A stretch of 64,000 bases of DNA from Phaeosaccion multiseriatum (Eukaryota > Protista > Ochrophyta, other classes): the NCBI GenBank assembly GCA_965112735.1, contig OZ218956.1:1116001-1180000 (forward strand), written 5' to 3'. The notes beneath the pieces are model-generated. The model made no database searches. It saw only the letters and a list, made by a program, of their open reading frames with translations, and had not been told where the DNA came from. Below, one piece after another: positions 22,069 to 34,577 of the stretch; position 1 is the first letter of the stretch; every line of letters starts with the position of its first letter. The position numbers and the translations under genes were made by a program.

Positions 22069-25000
22069 TTACAAGTACGGGAGATAACTTGCCCTCAGTA
22101 TGGGAAGCTTTTCTTCCCGGTCCGCCTCGGACAGGACCGCCGCAGGCATGGCCAAGGCCTGCCACAAGTCCCCCGCAAAGGCAGCCTGCACCTGCACCTG
22201 CACCTCCGCGCCGCCCATCCCTTCTACGCCATCTCCGTCCGCGCCTGCCGATGGGCCTGCCAATGGCCGCGACGGCCGCTGAGCCTCCCCGTCAGCCAAG
22301 CTGGATCCCGCGGGCCCGGCCTTCCTGCCCAGTATGAAGCCGTTGGCGATTCCTTCCGTCGCAAAACAGGGTAAATAGGGTAGGGTAGTACATTACGTAA
22401 GGCGCAACGTTCGCTCGTATGGATTTCAGCACGGCCAATTCAGTGTGCAGCCTCAGTGGGTACGAGAGACATGAGGACACGCCCTTGCAAGACTTGGGGC
22501 TGTCCGCTGTCAGGCACGAACCTTTGATGCCCGCTGACGCGAGGGCTTTCCCGTAGTCTCCACTCCTCTCCTTCCCCCCCGGGAACACGAGCTCTGCGTA
22601 CTCACTCGTTTGCCACACCTGTGGGCCAATAGAGGGAGGGGGACAGAGAGAGAGAAAGCACGTGCATTCTCAGTCATTGTGTGGCTTTCGCGGGTACAGA
22701 GCCGCGCACTGCCTTCCGCGCTGATACAGAAAAGATGTTGACAAACAGTACGGAATCGCCTTTCTCACCCGTCCATAGCTGACGAGGAAGCGAGCTCCTT
22801 CATGCCCTTCGGCCCACCACAGGGGAAGCTTCCGCTCGTGAAGCTCGGGGTCTATGACATTGCAGACCTGTAGATAATGAAGCATGTCCGAGGAGAAGAG
22901 GGAACGGAAGTGCTGACCCGTCTGTCATACCCGAGAATAAACCAGGGAGACATGAGAGAAATCAATCGAAGACAATATACATAGAAGCATTCGCTTCCCT
23001 ACCATGCAAGCACATGAGTCTAATACAGCCCCCCCCCCTTTGTTCTCGTGCCCTTCTTATACTTTCCAGTCTCAAGCTTCCTCCCGCGGTGAGCCTCTGG
23101 GCCGCGCCCCGGATGATTCTCTCTGTGACGTGTTCGCCGCTACTGCCTCCGTCGCCGTACAGCTCCAGGTCGGCCGCGCCCTGCGCCCCGGCAGAGGGGG
23201 CAGAAGGGATGTAGGGAGGGTTGCCAAGGATGACGTCGTACACTGCTTCAGCCTCCAAGGGCCCAAACAAGTCACCCTGCAAGACCTACGGTTAGCAACC
23301 GCCGCAGTCAAACAAGTTCGTCAGACATAGTCAGATAGAGCGCAAAGGCAACATATAGAGCAGACATACAAAGACAGAATCAGGGGGGGGGAGAGGAATA
23401 GGAAAGAGACAACATTTCGTGGAAGAAGGCAACGAGCCCATCATTCAAGAGTCGAAACGGAGACTGCGGCGCGTACCCGAGCGGCGTGGCCCATTCCATT
23501 CAGCAGAGCATTGAACTTGGAGAATCGAGTTGCTCGGGGACTCAAGTCGACCAGATCCACCGAGGAGCAGACCCCTCCCTTCAGGGCCGCGATGCCTTGG
23601 ACACCGCTGCAGCGCCAACAGAGGGGGCGGAATAAAGGGGAAGGCAGGCCAGGAAGGAGAGAGGGAGAGAGTGAGGGATGGTACATACACTGTCAATGCA
23701 GAGGAAAAGCGCAAGGTGTCGAAGGTGAGCCGACTTGCCTTCCACAGCAAAGGTCCAAGCCGCGTCCAGGAAGCCGCCCCTCCTCCTCTCCCTCCGACAG
23801 GGCCACAAGGCCGAGACTGTCCACTCCGATATGCATCACGGGCTCGAAGCCGTGCGTCGAGTACGTGACGTGCGCCGGATCGGTCGCGATGATGACGTCA
23901 GCCCCCAGGGGGCACAGCTGTAGAGTTGAGGTCACTGCAACTTCCACCTCCACTTTCGACGGGGGCTTCTGTTGCTGCCCGCTACCGTCCTCCGATACGA
24001 GCACTCCCAATCGAAAGAGCGCTGCAAGGCTTGCGGAGCCAAGCAGGCCATTCACTCGGGAGAGAGGAAGCTTGAGACCGAACATGAACAGTTGAACGAG
24101 TGCAAGGAGCTCAGGGGAGACTTCTCCGCTTTGCGCTGCACTGGAGAGGAGCGCTAGAGCTTTATCACGGAGGCTTCCGGTCACGTTTTGCAATGAAAAC
24201 CCCGCTGCTCCGTCCACCTGCAGCACACAGCACGGCAGCACAAGCAAGGGGCGGAATCTACAGTGTGACGACTATACAGCCCGTGTAGAACGGAGAGGCT
24301 CCCCATGCCGTCCACTGGGTTTCCAAGCCTACCTGCAGACCTAACGCCCTCCCCATGGTTCGCACAGTATAGCCGGCACGCAACAGCGTGTTCCCGAGGC
24401 CTCCCAAGACCTCTGAGAGGGGCAACCCTCCTCCATCCGAGAGAAGGCCCGAGGAGGGAGAAAGAGAGGCTATCGGCTCCAGTGTGCGGCACAAGCTTTC
24501 ATGCGCAAATCTCTGGTTAGGAAGCATGGCGCTGGTCAGAGGCTCGCCCTTCTGGATGTCTCTACAGGGCCAAAAGACGTTGAAGCACTCGCCCGAACCT
24601 GGGTCGAACAATACCCCCATGCTGCTCCCCGCGTTGGCCGTGGAGTACATAAACAAGACGGGGGGGAAGGGCGAAGGAGATAATCCGAAGGAGGATATGA
24701 TCAGGAGAGGGGGCCGATAATGGGAGGGTCAAGGCTCCTGTGCAGTCTAACTCACCCCAAGTTAGGCCCTCTTTCGTGCTCGCCGTCCTGTCGCCCCAGG
24801 TATGGTTGGATCCTCGAACCCACTTCATCCATCACATACATAATCTCCTCACCGTCACTGACAGTGTACGAAGCCGTGACTTGCCACAGTTTGGCCAACA
24901 CCTCCTCTACGACCAAAGCATCCTGCGCCTCAGTTGATATTGCCTTGGGGGGACTCGGAGGCGCTATATCGAGAATGGCCGCGAGTCTGTCGCAGAGGCT

Positions 25001-25312
25001 CGGTTGAGACAGCAATTGTCTTCTCTGCTGTGCACGGAGCACATCAAGTGAGTGCGTCCCCTCCTCCTCATCTACTGAGCCCACTACTGCCGCCACCGCT
25101 TTTGCTGCAGGAGGCACAAACGACCACAGGTGATCAACGAGGAAGACATCGCCGTGCTTGGCGATGTCTCTGGTGGCCACCAAACGAGTCTGTTGCCCTG
25201 GTTCATCAAGCTCAGCGTACGCCACAAAGCTTCCTGCGTCGAATACATCGGATGACTTCTTCTGGATAGCGACGGGGTACAGCTCAGCCGGGACACCGCC
25301 ACGCAGAGACAT
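22069..25312 (-). CDS. Fusion of a TTLL12-like SET-type domain with a HemK/MTS-type (NPPY) methyltransferase, multi-exon
   Basis: N-terminal part: LVATRDI...DVFLVDHLWSF, YVMDEVGSRIQ, FWPCRDIQKGEPLT. C-terminal part: EPVMHIGVDS, GLDLCCG-SGVQG, VDLSPRATRF, QGDLF, YDVILGNPPYIP, YGDGGSSGE. Confidence 0.82.
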
Positions 25313-25466
25313 AAGGACAAAAAGGAGGAGAGGGAGATTACTTTACATAGAGGGAGACATTAGACAGTGTGGGAGAAAAAAAACACACACCATTAAGTGC
25401 CATCTATGGTTGTCTAAAAGTAGCGTCAAAGATCGCACTCGCCAACTGTAATTTTGTTACAACTGT

Positions 25467-25506
<40 letters not shown>

Positions 25507-25663
25507 ATCTCTCTCTCTTTCTCTTATCTTTTTCTCTCTTGCGCCGCTCTTACTCTCTCGCTTTGTTACAATAACTCGCTTTGTTTTCTCGAGAGATGAG
25601 ATGGAGGAAGGGATAGGGGGTCTAAGGAGGAGGAAATAGCGGCCGACTTACGCAGCAGCGAAG

Positions 25664-28542
25664 ATGATCGTCACCGGCGGGTTTCTTCCTCTTCGGCGAT
25701 CACGGTTGGTGCTCCTCCTGTGGCAAGTCGTATGGCTTCATGCTCGAGAACCCACAACACTTGAAGACGTTGAGGTTCACCCTGCCGTGAAGGAGCTGCT
25801 TGGTTCCTCCACTTTGGTGGAACACGTGTACGTAACTAATCTCCAGCGTAGCGTAGATAGGCGAGCCTTCATGGAGGCACAGCTGGACGCGGCTGGAGTG
25901 AGCCCAGATCGCGTGACATGGGTTCCTGCTGTGGACGGCTCCTCATTGCACCAGGTCGCCGAAGCGGAGGGTGCGCAATTATTTGACGGTGGGGCTTCGC
26001 GATGGGCAACAGACATCGATGATGAAGGGCTTCGGATGGAGGTAGTGGCTTGGAACGAGGAGAGTTTCAACTGGATAAAGCCTGCCCAGCTCGGGTGCAC
26101 GCTTTCGCACATGATGGCGGTATACCTCGCCCATCAGGCTGGCTACGAGCGCGTATTGCTGCTCGAAGACGATGTGAGTTTCGCACCCCGAAATGTCTTG
26201 TTGGGAGAAGAGAGTATCGCTGAAGCTGTGCACTCGCTTCCCGAGGACTGGAGCTTGCTGCAGCTGGAGGCGACTATTCTGGCGCCTGGTCAGATGGACA
26301 AGATGAAGAGCCTTTACTTTGACCAAGGCTTACTGGCCACGCCTCGCTGCCCGTGCAATATGGACTCGACGCTTTCCCAGGGCACAGTGGCCATGTTGGT
26401 GCACCGGAGGGGGATGGAGAGTATCCTGGAGCGTCTGTGGCCCGGGGGTACTGATGGGACAGCTGGTGTGCCTTCCCCGGGTGGAATGACGAGCGATTTG
26501 AAGCTGTATGGGGTCTTCGATCTGCGAGCGGCACCCTTGGCAGCTGCAGACTACGCCCTCTACGGCATGCCCGGCGTATACACCATGACTCGACCTGCGT
26601 TTCTACCTCCGGAGGGATTCGACTCACTCGTTGGGAGCAAAGACACGACGCTTACAGAAGCCAGGGCTCTGGCCCTTCGCGCATTTCCAGTGGGCGCTCG
26701 GCGACTTGCAGCAGTACCCACACAGCCTCTTTCGTACGCCTCCAGTGGCTGTACCAGCGCGCGTGTGGCTGTGACATGTGTGGAGAATATCGGGTGTGTG
26801 AGTCCTGTCGAGCATGCCATTCTCGAGCCCCTCGGCGGGTATCGCGTAGCGGTTGCCACTGCGTACATGGCTCTGTGTCACCAGAAGGAGCAGAAGCAGA
26901 GATCCAACGAGGTGAGTCCAAGGACACGTACAGTGACGTCCAAACGGAGCGGAGGGGGTGCTGGTGCCGCCGAAGTTGTCACTTCTTTGGGGACCCGGTC
27001 AGATCAACACGCAGGAAGCTAGTGAGTAAGCGCCTTACTTGTTCTCCCATCTGTGTTTCTCTTGACTCGTGTGCTGTGCTCCTTGAAGAGTCCGCGTATG
27101 TATGGTGTCACCACCGCAGAGGGAAGCTTGGTCCATTTCCCGCTCCTGTCGGACGACGAGACAGACAGGAGAGCTTCTGTCAAGGAGTTTTGCACTGGAG
27201 CCGGAGAATTCTGTCGGGATGTCATTCTTGCATGGCTGGAGCAGACTATTTGGATGCTGGACGTACCAGGTGGGTGTTTGTTTCGCACCTTCCTTCCTCA
27301 CTGCTTTTGACAAGCCTGTCTGACTTAACGACTTAACTACGTAACCCTCGTGGCTGACAGACTTGCAGTCACGGTGGGTGGACCAGGATATTTGGGTTTT
27401 GGGGGAAGATTCCTTCGATCAAGGGCCGGAGTATTTCGTGTTCCGCTTCCCCAGCTCCTTCACGCTGTCGCCACAGCGGACTTTCCTCACGTCTTTGCGT
27501 GCCGAGGTGCTTGCTTTCTGCGAACGACGGCAGCAAGGCTCTGCGCACCGTGACGAGGGGACGGCCTGCACAGAGAAACTTCTCAACGACGTCAAGGCTG
27601 CTATCCTCGAGCGGGCAAAGCTGCCTGGAGACTCTCCCAGTGCTGAAGGAGAAGGAGTGCGGAAGAGCGAAGAAAAGCGAACTTTGCTGTGCCGGAGACC
27701 AAACGCGCTCTTGCCAGATCCCTTGGCAGGGCTGGCGACTGTGGCAGAAGCACAAGCGTACGCCGCTACCGCCTCGTCCGTGGCCTTGGCGAGCTACACG
27801 TCTTCTTACACGCAAGGACAGGGTACGCACGGACCCTGCTTGGGGCCGGAATGACAGATTCTTCTTTATGCTTAGTGAGCTGTCTCTGGAGCAGCCCAGT
27901 CTGCCTCGCGGGTACTTCCACGCCGCCTCTACGCAACGGGCACAGAGGCTCGGGTGGAGCTTCAGCGTGGCGCCAAGCCTGGAGAGTTCCTTCGCCTTCG
28001 AACGTGTCATCTTCCTCTACAGCCGGGATGCTGCAGGTGTCGTGTGGGCCGCGTTACGCTGGCAAATCGAAAAAGGGTTGATCTCGGAGGAGGCTGCGAC
28101 GGACGAATCTAACGTGTTATCTGAGGCTTCCAAGTACGGCGCCTACTTGCAGGACTGGCTCGTGTTCAGCCGGACACGCACAGCGGAGAACGCCATCGCC
28201 TTTGCGCACGAGGACGTTTTGGCAGAGGGAGACTTGCCCGGGACGGAGATGGCGCGCCTCGCTTCCTTCCTGGGCAACAGCTCGCACCGTCGGTCAGTCA
28301 GTCAGCGGGCCACAGTATGCTCAACACACCTTCGCCAGCGAGGAGCATTCCCTCCTGCTGCTCGTAACGAGGACGATGGTGCTGGCCATGCGAGCGGTCT
28401 AGGGCCTTTCGCAGCACAGTTCTCATCTATCATATTGCAGGAAGTCCAGCGGCCGAGGCACGCCCTGGTGACCAGCAACGAGGTACACGCTTTGCTAGTG
28501 AGAGAGGACGTGTGTGACACGAGTGAAGTGTGCCTCTCCTGA
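25664..28542 (+). CDS. GT25 glycosyltransferase plus a degenerate, apparently frameshifted sulfotransferase-like domain (paralogue A)
   Basis: Signal-like N-terminus, VYVTNLQRSVDRRAFMEAQL, VPAVDG, GCTLSH and LLLEDDV. The downstream MLSELSLEQPSL...VIFLYSRD...AFAHEDVL matches paralogue B, but the frame changes near 27790-27860. Confidence 0.82.
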
Positions 28543-28675
28543 GGGCAGAACCAAGAGCCGAGCAGGAGAGCCAAGGCACAAGGAGACTGAGAGCCGAAGG
28601 GCAGAGCAGCAGCACGGGCACTTGGAGACTGAGAGAGGAAGGGGTAGGTTAAGTAGCTGAGGATTAGCACTGCGA

Positions 28676-31600
28676 TTACACCGCGGATGCTGCTTTGAAT
28701 CTCTCCAGCTGCGCGGTGACCACGCTCTTCCTCGCCACGCGAATGCACTCCTCGTGATGGAAGGCGGAGGAAGGAGAGTGCTGCTCGGCTGCATCGAAGT
28801 GAGCGTTGAGCTTCTGACAAAGCACATGAGCTAGGCTCGCACCAGGAATACTAACAAGATCGCCCACCGTCACATGCATAACCACTCCATATCTCTCGAT
28901 ATTGACATACTCGGTACTGTCGTGCTCCTCGTCGCCGCCAGCCTCGCCTGCATTATCTTCGTCCTTCCCCTGTCTCCCGCACCTCGGGTTCGTATCACGA
29001 ATGCGTTGGCACTCTGCTCGGCCAATGCCCAAAAGCTCGCAGACAGCCAAAGTCTCGTCCCCCATTTCCCCCAGCAGCTCAGCGTCGCGCTCCTCCAGTG
29101 AGTCCTGGAAACAGCCCCCCGGGTGCACAATCTCCTGCAGGACCACGCTCCCCCACTCCGCATGAAAGACCTTGGACGGGCTGAGAAAGTCCGGCGGCGG
29201 GGGCACAGCTGCATCGTCCCGACCGTCGATCACTCTCTCCGTCTCCTGCTTGGTCAGATGCGCTCGACAGTTGTCTGCTCGCTCCGCCACCATATCTGGA
29301 TCTGCTTCTCCCAGGAAGACCGCCACCCGCCGCATCTGCTTCCCTGCATTGGCCAACACGTCCTCGTAGGCCATTGTCATGTGGTCAGCAGCGTTATGAT
29401 TCCCCTGATACCGCACCCACTCTCGCAAGTGAGCCCCGTAGGCTTGGGCTTCGACTCTCACTTGAGTGGAGGTCCGAATACTCTGCGGAACCCTTTCCCC
29501 AGCCATGACGCGATACCGAATGGCGGAGAGAACTACCGCCGCCGAATCTCTGCGGTAGAGATAGATTACTCGCCTGTGTACGTACGCTTCTTTGAAGGCA
29601 TGGCTGTGGTAGAAGCTCCACCCCCTCCCTTCCGAGAGGGGGAAGTAAAAGTTTCGGGTCAGGCTGGGCTGCTGCAGTGCCAGCTCAGTCAGCATGCGAG
29701 TGAAGTGACTTCCCGTCCTCCCATGGCTCAGCATGGCGACATCAGGACCGTTGTCCCCCCAATAGGCTATACCGTCCTCTTTCGAGGGTGCGCTGTCCAA
29801 CGCGAGGGGCAGGGAAGGTCGGGGACAGCCCGACCACTGCGGAATGGCTTCAGTGCTCCCCGTTTCTTCAACAACCGCCCTCTCCACTATTGCGGCACGA
29901 AGCTTGGTTCGGATCTCTTCAACGCACTTCGTGGCTTCCTCTGACGAGGTTGTCCTCCGCTGGCAGAACGTCAACACACTTCCTGGCCCAGCAGTGTAGA
30001 GACTATCAAAGAGTCTCTCTCGCAAGGCTCTTTCCGTGCCGCCGCCCCCTTGTTCTCCCAGAGCCGACAGTCGGGGAAACTGATATACAAAGTACCTCGG
30101 GGCCGAGAGGGTCCTGTGCAGCACCCAGACGTCTTGCTCCCAGCGGCGAAGTCTCCATTCTACGCGGAGAAGTGAGAGAAAAAAGAGGCGAAAGGTCGCT
30201 TAGTGTGAGAAACTCGAAGAGTGGGACTGCTACTTGGCCTAGCAGATCTTGCTTACCCTGCATGTCCCTCGCTCGGTGGGGCAGTTGCGTCCGTAAGTCC
30301 TCAATAGAGCCGTCCGTGCCGTGTGGAAACAATGTCGGTACATTGCTCTTCTCCCGCGCTCCAGTTGCATCTGGGGCTTGCGCCTCGTCCCCGGTAGGAA
30401 GGTCGCTTATTGAGAGGGTGTCAGGGACACGAAGAAAAGTGCCCCACGGCGTCTGCACAGCTACACTTGCTGTGGCGTTGGCAAAAGCCAGCGTCGTCTC
30501 CTACGCGAAAGCGAGTGGGGAGCAGCGATGGGAACGAAACGGTTCGAAGTTCTGGTGTTGCAGCCTAGCTAGTTGACAGGGCTTCTGTGCTCCCTTCGCC
30601 CGCTCGCTCGCACCTACCTGCTGGCACCGCGCAAGGAAATGGGCGGCTCTGACGGCGGCATGCTCTGAGGCAGGCTCCAGCAGTGCCCACTCGGCAACTG
30701 TCACAAAGCCCCTCGCCTCCGTACTGTACGTCCACACAGGCGCAGGCACTCTCCCGCAGTCTGCCTCCACGTGGGATGGAGTACGTCTCCACACTTGTCC
30801 CCCACCCTCTTCAGCTGCTGAGCCTCGAGTTATGGAAGTCATGCCCGGCGGTCCAAAGATGGGTCGAGTCAGCATGTACACTCCTTCCAGCCCATGTATG
30901 GCGTCTTGTACGCGAGTGGTAGGCATTTCCCGAAGGTCCAAGACACCGTTAAAGACATCCATATTGTCCGCCGCCCTGTCAAAGGAAGGCCACAGGCGCC
31001 TGACAATCCCCTCAATGCCCCTTCTGTGCACCACCAATGCTGCCGTGTCCAAGGGGAGTAGCGCGTCAGCCGTACAGGGGCAACGCGGCGTGGCCAGGTA
31101 GCCATCCTGGTCTAAGCGCTTCATATGCTGCACCTGCTCTGCTGATGCGCCCGCCACCTGGGCCAGTCCGAGCAAGCTCCAGTCCTCAGGCAGAGAGGAC
31201 ACTGCGCGTCCCACGTGGCCTGCAGCCTGTACAACTGCTCCAGCAGCAGCTGTAAAGTCCTTCAGCTGAGGCGTTTCCATGACGAGCACTGTCTCATGGC
31301 CAGCTTTGAAGGCCGTGCACGCGGCCTTGAGCAGAGTCAGAGTGCGAGCGAGGTGATGCCGCTCCTGGGCCTCGTCAATCTTCGCCCCCGAAGCCTCCTC
31401 GTCACCTCCTGCCCAGTCCTGCTGCGGAAGACCGTCCACTTTCCCCAGTTCCCAAGCAAGAACGCGCATAGTAGTCCCATTCGCGTTCTCCACGGCCCAC
31501 TGGCCCACACCGGCAGAGGTGGTCTCGCGACGAAGCGCAGAGGGTCCAACGCCCTCTACCCATGTCACTTGCGTCTTATTGGTATCAATTCCTGCAGCCA

Positions 31601-31895
31601 CAAGCCCCTTCTCAGTATCTTCTTTGTTCCTTTCATCTGTGCATGTACTACTACTACTACTACTACTACTACACACCAAGATGATGTGCTCCACCAACTC
31701 CACCCGCGTTTCCTGCAGCAGCCTGAGGGATGTACCCCGCCCTTCTGCATAGTCTTCCAGTGCCACCTGCTGAAGCTCCGGCTGTTCTGAAGGTCGTAGC
31801 AGACCACTTTCGCATGTCTCAGCTGATTCTTGCGCAGTGCTCCTCCCAGCGCCACCAAGAAGTAGCAACAACAGCACAAGGCGCACAGAAAACAT
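28676..31895 (-). CDS. Degenerate GT25-like domain plus an intact-looking sulfotransferase domain (paralogue B)
   Basis: Shares LVEH, VTWV, SLPEDWSLL, LATPRCPC, VHRRG(I/M)E, GVY.(L/M)TRP and PxYFV.xFP with paralogue A but lacks GCxxSH and EDD. It has the 5'-PSB-like MLSHGRTGSHFTRML, the 3'-PB-like IYLYRRDSAAVVLS, and MAYEDVLAN. Confidence 0.82.
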
Positions 31896-32261
31896 TTTTC
31901 ACAGCCTTCTCAACTACATCCAAGCCGAGCTGCTTCAGCGGGCTTCCTGTGGGCCCAGGTAGCATGAAGTGGCCCTACGCGCAAGGCTACAGCACTGTAA
32001 GGCTTAAAAGAGGGAAAAAGGGTAATCGAAAAAGGGTGGAGACGTTAAAAACTTTTGTCCGACGACAAAAATGATGATGTGTAGGCCCCAGCCAGCCACC
32101 CGAGAGAAGAAGGAGAGGAGAGAGTGAAGCCCTCGTCATTATGTGTGAATAAAGATTATTCCCCCCCCTTTAAAAAGGGTGAGTCATACTTATCAAGCAA
32201 GAATGGCATCATCACGAAGAGGGAGATGGAGATGACAAACTACGTATATCATGGTCGTGCT

Positions 32262-34256
32262 CTAAACAGGTTGTTGTTCAACCTCCCCTACTGTGTGAAA
32301 GCGAATGGCAAGCGGTGGTGCTGATATAATATCCCCACTTTGCTGAGCGGAACCCTTCGCCCCGCTCCCTTCTTTGGAACCAAGCACGGCGGCCACCACG
32401 GACAGTAGAGACGCTGTGGACTTTTGATCCTCATCGCCGGCCCCTCCACCTCCACTCCAACCTCGCTGCTGAACCTTGCCTAGCTCCAGTACCGGAATAG
32501 ACTGCTGTAGGAGAGCATGTGAAACGAGCTCGTCAAGCCCCTCCTTGCCCTCCCCCTGCCTGGGCCCCGTGAGAAGCACAACGTCTGCTTCTCCAAGAAG
32601 AGCTACGGCAGACTCCACCAGTGGTGATGGTGATGAGGACGACGGCGCTGAAAAAGAGGAGGGGGGCTCCATCTGCTGAGCGCCAGCATGGCCATTGCTG
32701 CCGTCACCTTCGCGGCCGCCTCGCAGGTCCGCGTGGGGAAGCGTAGGCTGCCACGGCGATGGAAGCAAACTCCACAGATTGTACGCTGCAAAGTCCACGG
32801 CCCCGGACCCTTGTCGCTCGAGGAGGACGGCCCACACCGCATCGAGAAGCGCGCTGCGCATGGGCGTTTGCTCGGCATGGCCGGCGGGAGGGGTCACCGG
32901 AGCAAAGACGAGGATGACCTTGAGCGCGGGTGTGGGCTCCGCTCCTTGTCGGGCAGGGCCGGTGGGTTGCGAGGCTCTGCTTGTACCGGATGCTGGTGGT
33001 TCCCGCTGCGAGGACTGACGCAGGAGGAACGCCATGCCCTTGTGCAGCTGGCTTGCGTAGTACCAGTGGTCCCAAACGGGGCTGTGTAAGAGCTCGCGGA
33101 GGTTAGCATTGTCTGGTTCAATCTCAACGGGCACTCCTGTCGCCCTGTGTAAAGACATGGAGCAGCATTGAAGACGAGAGGCAGAATAAGACACGAATCA
33201 AAGGGCAAGAACACGGGACCACGGAACGCAAGTCCATGTTCGGCTCCAGAAGGGCGAAAAAGCGTTCCACGCATCCCAGACGTGATTATTGTCGACTAGC
33301 CCTCTTCCTCGACTGACTGACCTTGCCTCCAGGACCGCTCTTTCTCCTCCGCCTCCCTCCAGACACGGCAGGTAGAGCGTACCGCACTGCAGCATGAGAT
33401 CAATAAGTTGTGTCATAGACACCTGTCCCTCGCGGACCTCCACTCCGCCCTCTCTCAGAGCCTTGACAATGCCTTCCGAAGACCCGTCTTGAGCGACATT
33501 CCCAATGGCTAGGCGACGGCCAGCCTTGTTCAACAACAGGAGGGGTCTTTTGGCGTCAACCATTCGACCCACGAAGATGTAGTCACACGCAGGACGCTCC
33601 TCATCAGCAGTCTCCCGCCGCCGCTCTCGCAGCCCAGAGCTGAGCTTTCTTCTCCTCTCCGGAGAGAACGGGACCGTGATACTGCTTATCCCAAATGCGT
33701 GAAAGAGGGCCGGATGTGACGTCACCAACGGGCGGTGGGCCTTATACCACTCCGTCTCGTAGAAGAGCACGTCGTAAAAGTGCAAGGCCTCTTGCGAGGG
33801 TGGAGGCCGCACGCCCGAAATTGCCAGAGCCTTGGGGACGGGCACATCGGCCAGGTAGGCGCGCACGAACTCGTCCACAGCCCACTCCCAGTCGGATTTG
33901 ACCAAAATCAGGGCGTAGCGGCTGAACCTCTCTTGCAGATTCAGGTCCGTGGGTAACTGCCCTTGCCAGTCCTCCAGATTGATCCAGTCAACCGAGAAGG
34001 AAAGACCGTCCAGCAGAGCCATTGCGGCCACGAAACCCACCTCAAAAGAGTCGATGGACACATCGGGAGGACGGTAGTGGACCACGGCCACTGAAGGCAA
34101 GGAATCCTCTCCTGTGCCTGCTCCTTCTGCCCGACCTGTCACTGTACAAGGAAGATCAAAGCCCTGCCAACAGTTGCTCGTCCGAAGATCATTTGCACCT
34201 GCGGCTCCAGCAAAGACAACAATGAATGCAACCCGTAGAGCAAAGGAGAAGAACAT
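32262..34256 (-). CDS. Secreted GT-B fold (GT4-like) glycosyltransferase, 2 exons
   Basis: Signal peptide, YDVLFYET, HAFGI, YIFVGRMVDAKRP, and LYLPCLEGGGGERAVLEAR|ATGVPVEIEPDN (Ex7E-like region). Confidence 0.75.
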
Positions 34257-34409
34257 TTCGACTACATCATAGGAAGAGGAATGAGGAGGACAGAAAAAGG
34301 GAGAAGGTCATCTCCCCTCAAGTGTTGGTTCTCCGCAGCAGCTTCCACCTGGCAGCGTCCTTCGCTCCTTTTCTTCCTTCCCTCCCTCCTCCTGAATCTT
34401 TCCCATTTA

Positions 34410-34539
34410 ATGGCGTGGACGCCAGCAGCAGCCGCTGCAGCTCGTCGGATACGACACATAGCCTCTTGCCTCAGCGCATCAGGCGGGGGAGCAGCAGGAG
34501 TGCCACTCACTGGCACTGCGACCTTCAACAAGTGCTCAA

Positions 34540-34577
<38 letters not shown>

